A stretch of DNA of 64,000 nucleotides from Octopus vulgaris (lineage: Eukaryota): contig OX597817.1 of the NCBI GenBank assembly GCA_951406725.2, forward strand, positions 143,778,001-143,842,000. The letters run 5' to 3'. The notes under the pieces were generated by a model. The model saw nothing but the letters and a program-made list of their open reading frames with translations. It ran no database searches and was not told where the DNA came from. The position numbers and the translations under genes were made by a program. Positions 1 through 14,175 of the stretch are shown here, one piece after another (position 1 is the first letter of the stretch; every line of letters begins with the position of its first letter).

Positions 1-539
1 TCGGTCATAGAATGAATTAAACTCGTACTGCGAGGTATCAAATACTATACAAGGTCTTGATTTGTTAAAATTATTTTTGCTTCGAAAGGATGTATTACAA
101 TTACGAAATAACAATTAAGACCAATTTTATTTGAGAAGGAATAATAATCTGAAGAATCAGATGTTCTCTGAGTGGACACACCACGAGGAAAAAGGACCAG
201 ATGCAAACCAGATACAAAAGCAAAGTATACGTATATACATGAATGCATATATGAATGTGTGCATGCCTTTTTTATGTGTATGTATGTCCTCCCCACCGCT
301 TGGCAATCGGTATTGGTTTGTTTACGTCCCCGTAACTAGATAATTCGCCAAAAGTGACGCCTAGGATAAGTAACAGATTAAAAAGTATATAACTACTGGG
401 GTCGATTTGTTCGACTAAAATCCTTCATGACATTGCCCCAGCATGGCCGCAGTCCAATGACCAAACCCAGTAAGAGATTAAATGCAAATGTACATCCACT
501 CCTAAACAAATTTTACGTGTTGCGAAAAATAACCTCCAT

Positions 540-579
<40 letters not shown>

Positions 580-1570
580 TCTCTCTCTCCCACCTATTTC
601 CCCTTTCGCCACCGCTGCCCCTCTTTTCTCTATCTCCCCTGTTCTAATACTCAACCAAATTCTTCACGCTACTTAATGATTGAAATGTTTAATTAATAAT
701 TTATTTTCACCAATTTCCTTTTTCCTAAATGAATGTTCTACAAAAAATACATTAACGAAAATGGCGAGATTTTAAAATCAATACTCTTCTTTTTGATTGT
801 TGATATTGCATATTTTTCTCATGGTCGATGAAAACGGATAACTCCCTACCTCTAAATTTAAATCTTGTGTCTATAGCAGAAGGTATTATTGTTTTTATTG
901 TTATCATCATTATTAAAGGAAAGAGCAGCAAACACTCAAGGTGACGCTCGGGTACAAATATACGAAGCCCAGAATATCTATCATGACTACTCGTCTGATA
1001 AGGGTACACCAAACACATGTATCACAACCATATGTGCACAACATGGTGACCTCATATCAAGATACACAGCGCATGACCTTACAGGAAGGGCCCAGTTAGA
1101 ATTTTCTTCAGGTTGAGTAGCCCATCCCACTCAAAAGGTCCCTGAATAAGGGTTGTTTAAAGATGATGACAGAAGTACCCGTGTTTTCAAAGGTGAATTA
1201 ACCAAACCTCAAAGAATCCCTCTCAACACATGGCTATGATGCTTCCCCACTACTTCTGCTCGTGATTACATATCGTCAGCCACCAAGGACATGCTCAAAT
1301 GGTTAAGGTCAAACAAGTGACAAGCAAATCTGTGGTATTGAGCAGAATATTTGTTGTAGCCTCTCTTTTATGCTACATAATATGTACATAATAATATGTA
1401 CATAATAACACTTCCAATCAGTTAAGATCAAAAGCCACGAGAACCACTGCTTGGTACTGCATCAAATTATTATGATTATCATTATTATCATTATGTGATG
1501 AAAACTCACAGCTTATTTTGCTGGGTATGATGGAAAGTGTCAGCTGTCCACAGCCAGCAGACTAAAGTGA

Positions 1571-1627
<57 letters not shown>

Positions 1628-1629
1628 CA

Positions 1630-1942
1630 TTCAGTAGTTTTATTTTTATAGCGTGCTTTCACTTCACTACCGAGCGCAGCCATGTGTGCCTTGGGTATGT
1701 GCTGTGATTTGTTGTGATGCTCTGATGGTTATTGTATGGAAAGTGTTCTGCGTAGGATGTGTGCAGTGCCTAGTAGTGCAATTTTCTGTATGTTATATGT
1801 GCTTGTAAGTCCTGGTGTTTTTGTTATGTATTTGTCTGAATATTTTTTTATCATGCCTAATGCACCTACTATGATAGGAATTGTTTCTGTTTTTAGATTC
1901 CTCATTCTGGTTACCTCCATTTCCAGGTTTTTGTATTTTGAA
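1630..1942 (-). mobile_element. R4/Dong-type (REL endonuclease) non-LTR retrotransposon 3' end in a (TAA)n tract
   Basis: KYKNLEMEVTRM..IPIIVGALG..IQKIALLGTAHILRRTL, followed by a short UTR and (TAA)n (1571-1630). (TTA)n is also present at the 5' truncation (1943-1958). Confidence 0.75.
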
Positions 1943-3659
1943 TTATTATTATTATTATTCCGCCAAGGTCGACTTTGCCTGTCATCCTTTCGGGGTCGAT
2001 GAAATAAGTACCAGTTATACACTTGGCCGAAGTAATCGACTTAATCCCTTCCTCCAAGCTGCCCTTGTGGCGAAAATTTAAAATCATTATTATTGTTTGC
2101 AATTCCTTTGCTAAATTCGTCCTATTCTCGATAATAAAACGACGGAAATTTTGCAGCTTGTAAGTACAAACAATTTTATTAATTTAATGGAGAGAAAGTG
2201 GAACGGTAAAACTCAATACAATGGTTTTTATTTTTGCCAAAAAAAAAAAAAAAAAGAAGAAAAAAGTGATGTCCAATGGCCCTAAGCGTAAGAGCACCGA
2301 ATTCAGCAAATAATCAATTTAGAATCCTGGGGTTGGATTATGACACGGTTCTTTTGTTCACAATAATTGGAGCGTGGGATGATTCTGCTAAACCCATTAC
2401 TGAAAAGAAAAGAAAAAGAAAAAGAAAAAAGAAGGAAAGAAGAAAAAAAACACACATACAGAAAATTAAATTGTATGTTAAATAAAATAATGAATTTTAA
2501 AAATTTGCAATCAAATTGTTGAAATGGTTTCAGTTTTTATGGTTTACAAATAAAAGGAATATTTATGACATCCGGTCTCGTAGAATCCACAGCCCCAATG
2601 CCATAATATATTTATATTTTCCTTTTATTAATTAATGATGCGTTAATTAATTAATTAATAATAATGATGATAATAATAATAATAATAATAACACAGTGAG
2701 CTGGCAGAATCGTTAGCACCCCGGACAAAATGCTTAGCGACATTTCGTCCGTTTTTACATTCTGAGTTCAAATTCCGCCGAGATTGACTTTGCCTTTCAT
2801 TCTTTCGCTGTCAATAAAATAAGTACCAGTTGAACACTGGTATTGTTGTAATCGACATGCAATCTTCCCGGAATTGCTGGCCTTGTGCCAAGGTTTGAAA
2901 ACCATTAATTAGTAATGCATTATAAACGTTCGGTTGGCAGATTCGTTAGAGCGTCAGGCAAACTTCCTTACGTTTTTAATTCCGGTTCAATGTTTTGCGT
3001 TCAAGCTCTACCAAAGTCTACCTATCATTTTGTCATTTCGGGACCGATAAACTAAAACACTAGTCGAGTACTGGAGGTGATGATATTGGTTTCAATTTAC
3101 GGTACAAGGCCAGCAGGTTCGGGGTGTGGGGGGGTGTCAGTCGATTACATCGATCCCAGTACTGAACTGGTACTTATTTTATCAACCCCGAAAGGATGAA
3201 AGGCAAAGTCGACTCTGGTAGCGTTTGAACTTAAAGACGGACGAAATAAATGCTGAGCATTTTGTTCGGCGTATTGGAGGTGACAATATCGATTAACGCA
3301 TGCCACCAGATTTTACGGCTTTGCTCCTTTACTAAAAATGATTAATGTTCCTTTTCTACAAATGATTAATGATTAATGAGTGTTGCCGATGTTTTGTTTC
3401 AATATTATACCGTTTATACTTTACTTGTTTCAGTCATTGGACTGCGGCCATACTGAGGCTCCACCTTGAAGGGTTTAGTCAAGCACTTATTTTTAAGTCC
3501 GGTACTTATTTTATCGGGTTCTCTTGCTAATCTGCTAAGTTACGGGGATGTAAACAAAACAATACCCATTGCTAAGGGATGGGGGCAAACAGAAACATAA
3601 GACATCCACAGCTAATGTTTTAGTAGTAGTAGTAGTAGTAGTATGTAGCAGACAGTCGC

Positions 3660-4222
3660 GAACACCTTGTCTGCGTATAAATACGTTCTTAAATCAGATA
3701 AATGTGGGATCAATCGGACTAGAGTCTGTCTCGTATTGTGATTTCAGTGCAACTGAGTACCCGCTTTGACTATCAACAGAAATAATTCTTATAAACCCAA
3801 TGCTACAAAGAGCTTAAGTAAATCAGATGGACCAATTTGTCTATATATAATGCATTTTTGGCAGTTAGTTGGATTAATCATTACATTACTAACGCATTAA
3901 TGGCGATTTGTTAAAATGTTGTTGTTCTATAGTATATGGCGGTAGATTTTTAACAACCACTCTTTGTAACAGATGTAAATACTTGGTCTGTGTATAAAAT
4001 ATCCTTTTCAACAGGAAAAGGGAGATCAATCGGATTAGTGTTGCGATTTCATTAGCAACTGAGTACTCTCTTTAACTAGCCAGAGACACTGCTTATAAAT
4101 CTACTATTACCAATGACTTAAGTAACGTGGATAAATCGATTTGCATATATAACGCATTATTTGAAGCTAGCTGGATTAACAACTAGATTACTGGTGCATT
4201 AACTGTATATTTGTTTACAATA
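3660..4222 (+). repeat. Old tandem duplication, ~315-bp unit
   Basis: Colinear shared blocks GATCAATCGGA, GCAACTGAGTAC, CTTATAAA, CTTAAGTAA, TGGATTAA and GCATTAA in 3660-3920 and 3978-4222. Confidence 0.65.
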
Positions 4223-5273
4223 TTTTGCTATGCTATAATGTTATACTATACTACAAAAAAAAAACTGTAGCTATCGATAGAAACTGATCCCAAACAGGTC
4301 GGGATGAAGGAAACAACGTTGTACAAAGGCGAGGGATGCGAGTGGGGTGGGAAGAGCTACACATGAAATAAAAACCACTGAACCAAATGAAATCTAAAAT
4401 GAAAATTATTTCTTCCAGGTACAATTGAAATGCATCTTAGATACTTGGAGCAAGTTCAGACACGCTTGAATCAAGTCTGTAGGCAGACAGCAGCAGCAAC
4501 AACCATACCTATCATTGAAGTTTCTAATTTCAGACAGCAATTTTGAAAGGATGGAAATTGTTCGAGACCATGGGGTATGGTACTTGACTTGCTCTTTCTG
4601 CTTATCGACCCCGGTGGGATGAAAGGCAAAGCTGACCTCGGAGCGATATAATTGCAGAAAGTTACGAACCAGAACAAATACCGCAAGCAGTTTTGTCCGA
4701 CGTTTTAAAATCACAAGTTTATCGACCGTGTAAATGAAAGAGAAAGTCGGTTGGCTTAAGTGAGATTCGAAATTAGAACGTAAAGGGACAAAACTAAATA
4801 GAATAAAGTGTTTTACCAGTGCTCTATCCCTTTCGCTTCTCGCCGTTCTTTAATACTTCTTTCTAATCTTGGCACAACGCCGGCAATTTTGAAGAAAGGG
4901 GCAAGTCGATTACACTTTATTTTATTGACAAGTCGATTACACTTTATTTTATTGACCCCGAAAGGATGAAAGATAAAGTTGATCTAGACAAGATTTGAAC
5001 TCAGAACGTTAGGAGCCAGAAGAAATTCAGCTTCGCATTTTATCCAACACGTTAATGATTCTGCCATGTATTTATAAATTCCATCCTAGAATTACTGTTA
5101 TTATTATATTTATCGGTATAACCACTTAAAGGCGGTGCGCTGGCAGTATCGTTAGAACGCCGACGAAATGCCAGTAAGCATTTCGCCCGGCGTGCTAACG
5201 TTTCTACCAGCTCGCCGCCTTGTAGGAACTTTATTTGTTTACCACTAACGTTACCTTAACCGTTACCGTAAAC

Positions 5274-5332
<59 letters not shown>

Positions 5333-6553
5333 GGACAACAGAATGGTTGACAATTATAGATGGCATTAATTCATTTATTTGAGAAGTTACATAGATTACC
5401 GCTTTTGTTCGAGAATAGCATACCCATATATTTTAATGTACGTACATGTCTATGTGTATGTGCATGTTTGTGGCTAAATGAAGGTAGACTGTCTCTCTCT
5501 CTGCCTCTCTCTCCCTAGTTTTCATTCTCTCTCTCTCTCTCTCTCTCTATTGAGTCTTTCTGAATTGACATAAATATAATTATTTTCGCATATAACATAT
5601 ATATATCTTCTGGCAAACCAATTCTACGAGTGTGTTCGAAAATATACACAATACAGTAAAAATTCAGATTATATGAAAATGTTCACCAAAATCTTTACCT
5701 GGTTTTTATCATGAACATAACTTGCTTCCGGCATGAAAAATATTACACAGTATTATATAATGGTGATGGTGATATTATAATAATATCATATAATGGTTAT
5801 TATTAGCACTTTAACATTGCCAACGTTTGAATCTTTGGATTTTCTTGTGATATTTTTCTGAAGAAAAAATATCTGCTAATTTCCTCATAGTGACTGAACT
5901 TTGGCCGGCTGAAGTGGGAACAGAAACATCTCTTCTGGCGAAATATGGAAAAGACATCGCAAGTGAAAAGAATTAGAAGCTGAATAGAGACGTAAAGCCA
6001 ATAGAAGGTACACAGGGTGCATTCCAGAAGTTCTCAGACTTTTTCAGGAGAAACATTTATTAATTTCAAATAAGTAGGTACAGGCGTGGCTGTGTGGTAA
6101 GAATTTTGCTTCCCAACCACATGGCTTCAGATTCAGTTCAAGTGCATGGTACCTTGGGAAAAGTGTCTTCTGCTATAGTCTCGGGTCGACCAAAGCCTTG
6201 TGAGTGGATTTGGGAGACTGAAACTGAAAGAAGCCCGCTGCATATATGTGAGTGTGTGTGTGTGTTTGTCCCCAACTGCTGCTTGACAACCGATGCTGGT
6301 GTGTTTACGCCCCTGTAACTTAGTGGTTGGTGGAGGCACATGGCCTATAGCAGCGGACTCGTGGTCGAGGGATCATGGGTTCGAATCTCAGACCGGGCGA
6401 TGAGTGTGTTTATGAGCAAAACGCCTAAGCTCCATGCGGCTCCAGCAGAAGGTAATGGCGAACTTCTGCTGACTATTTTGCCGCACCGCTAAGTTACGGG
6501 GACGTAAACACACTAGCATCGGTTGTCAAACGATGGTGGGGGGACAAACACAC

Positions 6554-6584
<31 letters not shown>

Positions 6585-7225
6585 ACACATATACGACAGG
6601 CTTCTTTCAGTTTCCGTTTACCAAGTCCACTCACAAGGCTTTAGTCGGCCCTAGGCTATAGTAGAAGACACTTGCCCAAGGTGCTACGCAGTGGGTCTGA
6701 ACCCGGAACCATGTGGTTGTTAAGCAAGCTACTTATCATACAGCCATTCCTGCGCCTATATATATACGACGGGCTTCTTTCAGTTTCCATCTACAGAATC
6801 CACTCACAAGGCTATGGTCGACCCGAGGCTATACCAGAAGACAGTTGTCCTATGATGCCATGCAGTAGGACTGAACCTGGAACCAAGTGGTTGGGAAGCA
6901 AGCTTCTTATCACACAGCCACGTAAATCCGCAGAAAAAATACACTGACACGCAGCACGGTCGCGTAAACATACACAATACTCAGTGCATTCTGGGTAGCT
7001 TAGATTGCGGGTGGTTGCTAGGGGGCGAAGGTGCTTTTACAGTCCAAGAAGAATATTCGACACGTGTGATCATGGATCAGTCCGTAATAAGCGTAGCATG
7101 GTTCACAATGGGCCATACCGTGTTATCCTTGATCAGTGGTGAATGAATCAGTGATAAACGAAGACAGATGTATATATACATGTATGCATACATATATACG
7201 AACACATACTCATACATATATGTAT

Positions 7226-7271
<46 letters not shown>

Positions 7272-7295
7272 CATGTATATCCACACACACATATA

Positions 7296-7335
<40 letters not shown>

Positions 7336-7384
7336 TATATACATACATGTATATACATATATATATGCGTGTTTATACATAACT

Positions 7385-7958
7385 TAGAAAGGTTTTGGCC
7401 AGTATTGGTCCAGGCCATGTCTAACTTAATAGCACCACCTGGTGAAGTCTTTCAGTTCAGGATTTGGGCACCAAGGCCCATTCGAGCAGAGAGTTATTGT
7501 TTGCGGAGACATATCCGGGTGTGGCTGGTTTGTCCGGTACTGTTTGAAGGAATTTGTCCAAAGACTTCTTGAATTTTGTGTGGTCAGTTTCTTTTTTGAC
7601 GTGCCCTGGTGTAATGTTGAAGAGAGCAGGTCCAATTGAGGTGAAATAGATTTTTGTTGTGGACGGATGGCACGTGGTCCAAGCCTTGGATGCATTTTGA
7701 AGGTGATGCCAACATCATTCGGACAGTGCTGGTGGAATATTTTCCACATCATACAGATAATGTAGCGTTCACGGCGTCGTTGGAATGAATACAATTTCAG
7801 CTTCTCTAGTCTACCCCAGTAGTCAAGGTCTGACATGCCATCTATCTTTTTTGTGATTGACCTTTGGAGAGCTTCAATTCTCATAATATTTTGTTTTGTG
7901 TAGGGAGACCACAGTGGACAGCAGTATTCAAGGTGGGGTCTGGCAAAAGTGGAGAAGA
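7385..7958 (-). mobile_element. CR1/L2-group LINE 3' fragment
   Basis: [51 protein letters not shown]. The same 3' UTR (GGTGGTGCTATTAAGTTAGACATGGCC) recurs at 46201-46268 (+). Confidence 0.8.
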
Positions 7959-7961
7959 GAA

Positions 7962-7995
<34 letters not shown>

Positions 7996-8320
7996 GTGTA
8001 TATATATATATATATATATATACTTATATATATATACATACATACATATATATATATACATATATATATATATACATATATATGTACGTGAAAACATGTC
8101 TACATACATACATGCATACATACATACTAGCAATCTTGAGAAATAAGGCTTCTCAAAACCAGAAAAGAGAAAGCTAATTCGAAGACTACAGATCCAGTCC
8201 ATCACTGGAACTGTAAAAATCTGCAAAACTCCAGAAGTTTATCATTTAAATATATACGATCATGTCTACATATGTAAGTATATGCATGAGAACACATACA
8301 TAAAACAAAACGTACAAACC

Positions 8321-8353
<33 letters not shown>

Positions 8354-9182
8354 GCATATATACATAAATACATACATACAAACAAGAAGTACCCTGTTGT
8401 TGATGTTGAAATTCCAATGAAGGAGCATTGAATCTAGGTTAGAAACTGGCTCTTTCTCTATTGGCGAGGAATCTTGAAATAAAACTGAACAATGACATAT
8501 ATACGCACACACATGCATACATATTTGAGTACTGAATGAAGAAAAACTGTTTCCGAAATTCAAACCTTTACATAAATGGTGACTCTGTCTTCTCTGTGCC
8601 ATGTAATGAGGGCTACGAATACCTGGTTATAGATGAAAACATACTATGCAAAATTACATTAAACAAAGATGGAGGGAATGAAATATATTAAAACAGATTT
8701 AAAAATACGACCGAAAGAGCTTTACTTTTACAGCAATATCCCACAATACATTTGTAGTACCAACATTTGGGATACTTGGCTGTTCTATACGAAATTTCCT
8801 CCATAAATTTGAAGCCCATCTGACATCAACTTGATGCTTTCGCAAGAATTGTAATGTTGGTGATCTCTGTCTGAGAAGAAAAGAGAGGAAGATGAGAAGA
8901 GGTTATGATTAGTCGGGAAGCCATTGAGTGACGCATGGTGTCATTGAAACAACATCTGTTAAAGAGCAACAGTAAAAATAAATACATTATAGTCAAGTGC
9001 TCAAAGTGAAAAGGACAACATTCTACAAGAAGTGAATTTTCCAAGAAGTACCCACTTACCAGTACTTACCTATGACCCACGAAGTACTGGACTGGCGTAT
9101 CCCAATAAATTTTTTTTCAACTGACTTGTGTTTTACTTTTTTTTTATGCGGCCCCTATAAAAATTATTAATAATTAATATGG

Positions 9183-10141
9183 TAATTAATTTTACCAAGT
9201 AGAGCTCAGTATGTAAGAGGACCATTTGAGGTATATTTAAAACATTACGTTATATAATTAGGGTTCAGTAAAATAATTTACTTTACCACACACTGAACTT
9301 TTAGAAATAGCAGCCAAAAAATCTTAGCTATTTCTTCTACTATAAGAAAATATATATTATTTTTGAGTATACATTGTCTGGGAGATTTTTTTTTATAGTA
9401 GAAGAAATAGCTAAGATTTTTTTGCTGCTATTTCTAAAAGTTCAGTGTGTGGTAAAGTAAATTATTTTACTGAACCCTAATTATATAACGTAATGTTTTA
9501 AATATACCTCAAATGGTCCTCTTACATACTGAGCACTACTTGGTAAAATTAATTAATTAATTGATTTTACCCTTTTATTATTGATAATATAATTCTCTCT
9601 CCCTGTTTTTCAACTACAGTTCTCTGTAGGAATTTGTTTACTCAATAACTCACGTGGGTGGAAGCGGGATGAATGCAAAGCTTCATTCGTACTGTTTGAA
9701 TTCGTTGGTACTGGCAGTCGAAGGTGGTTTGTCTGGGTTTACTCATATCAGACGGGTATGTTCGATTTTTAGTGCTCTCAAATCCAAATCTAAGAAATCT
9801 TTGAGCTGACGAAGGAAATGTTGAGTTTTAAATTCAGCTAATCCATAAACGTACGTTCTCGAGTAATCTTAATGTACATGTGATCTTTTGTTATTTTTCC
9901 CTCCATACCTGCGTGAATTATTTTTGAGTATACATTGTTTGGGAGATTTTTCTTATAGTAGAAGAAATAGCTAAGATTTTTTTGCTGCTATTTCTAAAAG
10001 TTCAGTGTGTGGTAAAGTAAATTATTTTACTGAACCCTAATTATATAACGTAATGTTTTAAATATACCTCAAATGGTCCTCTTACATACTGAGCACTACT
10101 TGGTAAAATTAATTAATTAATTGATTTTACCCTTTTATTAT

Positions 10142-10146
<5 letters not shown>
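9183..10146 (+). mobile_element. Non-coding PLE-like element: ~230-bp direct repeats plus an inverted partial copy, internal degenerate hammerhead
   Basis: 9356-9586 is repeated at 9917-10146, and 9183-9350 is an inverted copy of ~9388-9555. GAG-CTGACGA..TAAAC-GTAC-GTT-CTC at 9803-9860. Ends in (TA)n. Confidence 0.7.
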
Positions 10147-10191
<45 letters not shown>

Positions 10192-10354
10192 AAATAATAA
10201 GGGTGAAAAATTGAATATTAATTTGATTAATATCAATTTAAAACCAGTGGTCTAGCATACTGAAAAATCTGAAGTTTCAGAAAAAATTATATTACATACA
10301 TATAAAAAGGGATTACCTGTAAGTGGACTTCCATTATGCTAGAAGAAGATTATG

Positions 10355-11213
10355 CTAGAAGATTTTTTGACTGCTATGTCGTCATTTTTCGGTGTATTTC
10401 AACCAGAAAAATTTCCACTTAAAGAGAATAACAAGCAACATAATGCAAAACTTTACTTTCCAAAAATTCCAATTCTAAAGGGTCGAAAAGAATTTTTTTG
10501 TGATGTCATTGGCTTTGAGCGAGCGATGGATCAGCTGATCCAATGCAGAGGAGTAATGTTCGCTGCGTGAATGCACTAATTTTCAAGATCGTCAGCGTTG
10601 AGTACAATTCAGCAATATCAATCGATTTTCTTTGAGAAAAACTAATTGCGTTAGCGTTAGACAGAACATTGTGCGATCTGCATGCTGTTACTGTCTACGA
10701 TGTTCAAGTCAAACTTTCAATAGGTATGTTTTGATTTTACAGATTTTTTTAGTTATACGTGATGTAAAATAGTCGATTTTATTCATTTTACAGGTACAAC
10801 CACGATTCATGTTGTCCACCCGTTTGGCTTCAAAATAACATTTTTTTTTGTGACCACAAACTGTTCTTACTAACGTTTTGGATTTTTCTGTACTTTTCTC
10901 TTAATGAATACTGTTGCAGTGTTAACTTCTTAATAGATTTTCAGTGCAGTTCGAAACTTGAGGTTCATTTTGCTTTAAATCTACGGGTAATTTTTCTCCA
11001 TAATGTTAATAGAAGGAATATTAACCAACAATACCAACAATTGAAGTCGGCATTACACATTTGCAGCACATTCAGAGCAAACTCGAGCATCGCCACACTA
11101 TACTTTTATTCATAGATTGAAACTATGTCAAAACTTTGTTAACGCGACATCAAAGTCTGCCGTTTTACGTGCAACTAAAAAACAAACCCGAGCAACGCCG
11201 GGCTATACTTCTA

Positions 11214-11214
<1 letters not shown>
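10355..11214 (+). mobile_element. Non-autonomous Helitron-like element (3' end defined, 5' end approximate)
   Basis: Subterminal GC hairpin CCCGAGCAACGCCGGG (11187-11202), followed 8 nt later by CTAG and then T. Confidence 0.55.
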
Positions 11215-11278
<64 letters not shown>

Positions 11279-11439
11279 TGTATGTATGTCCGCTCTTTGA
11301 CGGTTCTTATCTTTCGTCCCGCAGGATGTCCAATAATCACTTGCCTCATCAAGCAAGCCTGGTGGAGTTGCTAGTTTAGTCGCCGACGACTCGATTATGC
11401 AACAGGTTGTACTGGGTTACATGTTACCAGTAGCACTTA

Positions 11440-13278
11440 AGAATGACCTAACACATGACCTGCTTTAAGTCGACATGGGATTGGAAAATATAATAAAAAT
11501 GGAGTAGCGCTTTTGACGTTTTGTGCTGAGAATAATTTGGTTGTTACCAACACTTTGTTTAAGCAGAAAAATAAATATAAAACCACCTGGATGCACCCAA
11601 GATCTAAGGACTGGCATCTCATAGATTCTATTTTGATCAGAAAGCGTGATATGAAAGATGTTTCTAGTGTTCGGTCCATGAGAAGAGCAGAGAGCTGGAC
11701 TGACTATCGTCTAGTGCGTGGAAAAATGAATTCTTCGATAATTCGATAACGACTAAGAGTCGATAGTCTGGTCCTAAGGCACCCAAAAAGTTAAATGCTG
11801 CAAACTTCAAATTACCAAGCAATTTTCAAAGATTCTACGATGCTATAAGAAAGTATAAATCTTGATCCAAACAATCTATGAGAAGATTTCAAAACAAAAG
11901 TATTTCAGGCTGTTAGTTCTTCAGTGGGATTTAGATCGCGTAAGTCCAGTGATTGGTTTTCAGAGAAATCACCAGAAATTTATGATCTGTCTTTAGAAAA
12001 ACAAAATTTATGTAACGCACTTCTTTCTCAGTCTTTGAACCCCAACTTAAACGAAACTTAAAGGAAGCTGGAAGAAAAAGCACAGACTGTTCTAAGGAAA
12101 ATTAAACAGGAATTGTCGAATGATAGAACAAAAAGGGACACAAGAAGCAGCTGAGTGAAATTATGCCAAAGGTTTGTACTCTTATGTTAAGAAGGTATAT
12201 GGCCCAAAATCTTCAATACCTCTAGTGAGAACAGCAAATGGACGTTTGCTTGTGACTGACACCGATTCTATTCATAAGCACCGGGTAAAACCTTTTTCTG
12301 CACTTTTGAATAGACCATCATCTGCTGATATGAGGATGATAAAAAAAAATCGAACACCTTCCAGTTATAGAAAAGATGGCATTTGAACCAACTCTAAATG
12401 ACCTTTATTTATCTGTGAATAAGCTGAATAACAGTAAGTCTCCAGGGTCTAATGGAATCTGTGCAGAAGTCTTGAAATATGGGGGTGATAAAATGTTCGA
12501 ACTCTTAAATATATCAATTTGTCATTGTTGGAGAAAGTGCCTCAAGACTGGACTGATGCCATTATTGTCTCCTTGTATAAATCGGGGCCAAAGGATCTGT
12601 GTGATAATTTACGTAGGATTTCGGTTTTGTCTGTAATTGGAAGGTGCTTTCGCGTATTCTGTTAGAACGTTTAAATTCCTTCATAGTTCCAAATATAATG
12701 TCCGTGTCTGAATGTGGTTTTCGCTCCTCCAGGTGCAAAGTTCATTGATTCTATCTTTAGTATCAAACAATTTCAGGAAAAGTGCATTGAACATAAAATC
12801 TTGCGCTATACCACTACTTTGTTGATTTAAGCAAGGCATTCGATGCTGTTAATGGAAATGTTCTGTGTGGCTAATTCTAAGAAAAATAGGTTGCACAGAA
12901 AAATTTGTAAACATGATCAGAGCTTGGTATCAAGATATGAAGGCTAGAGTTAATTTTTGGCGGTAGGCACTCTGAAACTTTTGTCGTGGAAAATGGAGTA
13001 AAGAAAGGAGACCTTGATGCACCCACCCACTTTGCAATATACTTTGCTGTTGTGCTGTCACACGTTTTTCAAAACTCCGAGGAGGGTATTTACATAAAAT
13101 ATCGAACAACAGGGAATGTTTTTAATCTGACCAGACTGAAATTCAAAACGAAGGTTTTTACTTCAATCATTAGGTAACTCTTATATGCTGACCATTGCGT
13201 TCTAGTCAGTCACTCTGAAACAGGTCTGCAATCTCTTGTAACTGCATTACACTCAGCTTGTGACTATTTTGTTTTTAA
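11440..13278 (+). mobile_element. RTE-clade LINE fragment (end of APE endonuclease to RT), pseudogenised
   Basis: LTFCAENNLVVTNTLF..TTWMHPRSKDWHLIDSIL, KSPGSNGICAEVLKYGG, FVDLSKAFDAV, GVKKGD, LLYAD. Confidence 0.88.
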
Positions 13279-13480
13279 TATAATGTCTGGTCTGTTCACA
13301 TCTATCTTTCTGTCAGTTTGAACGGTGAAGATCCAGAGGAGTGAGATATGGTCATTTTCAAGCACTGGAAGTGGTTTGTGTCATCACTAGATTTTATCAT
13401 GGAGCGGGTCCAAGTTTTTGCAAATTACCCAGTGAATATACTGTGCTGTTCTATCATACCTGCTGAGATACTCAGTAAAT
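13279..13480 (-). mobile_element. R4/Dong-type REL-domain fragment
   Basis: TEYLSRYDRTAQYIHWVIC and HKPLPVLENDHISLLWIFTVQTDRKIDVNRPDII (RHD motif region and PD nuclease motif). Confidence 0.7.
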
Positions 13481-13728
13481 TTTCAGTAAATTTATTACAC
13501 AGCTCACTGGATCTGTTCTCTAATACTGCGAGTTCTCTTTCATTTATAAGTTTCAGAGAGGTTTGTACGTGGTACTTCTTGGCCCTTTATACAATGTACC
13601 ATATTTCTCACAAGACTGAACCTAAAGTGACTTACGTTGACCCATTCAAAAGGTCAAATAACTATACCGGAGAGCCACCATATATCCGAATTTTCAAAAT
13701 AAATAAATAATTAAATGAATAAATAGAT

Positions 13729-14137
13729 GGAGTGGCTGTGTGGTAAGTAGCTTGTTTACCAACCACATGGTTCTGGGTTCAGTCCCACTGCGTGGCACTT
13801 TGGGCAAGTGTCTTCTACTATAGCCTCGGGCCGACCAAAACCTTGTGAGTGGATTTGGTAGACGGAAACTGAAAGAAGCCCCTCGTATATATATATGTGT
13901 GTGTGTATGTTTGTGTGTCTGTGTTTGTCCCCCTAGCATTGCTTGACAACCGATGCTGGTGTGTTTATGTCCCCGTTACTTAGCGGTTCGGCAAAAGAGA
14001 CCGATAGAATAAGTACTGGGCTTACAAAAGAATAAGTCCCGGGGTCGAGTTGCTCGATTTAAGGCGGTGCTCCAGCAGGGCCGCAGTCAAATGACTGAAA
14101 CAAGTAAAAGAGTAAAAGAGTAAAAAGAGTAAAGAGA
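13729..14137 (+). mobile_element. tRNA-derived CORE-type SINE with internal microsatellite (representative of the most abundant family)
   Basis: A box TGGCTGTGTGG, B box GGTTCAGTCC, CORE-like TTGGGCAAGTGTCTT, internal (TA)n(TG)n, (AAAAGAGT)n tail. Other copies at ~6080-6325, 6485-6757(-), 26488-26885, 34123-34548(-), 41200-41600(-), 43315-43738(-), 54028-54501, 57685-57832, 60548-60686, 63460-63610(-). Confidence 0.85.
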
Positions 14138-14139
14138 GA

Positions 14140-14175
<36 letters not shown>

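Noticed and set aside
5889-6008. Possible exon (CATAG...AG|GTAC)
   Set aside because: The longest frame stops inside it, the donor is weak and no protein similarity is recognisable.
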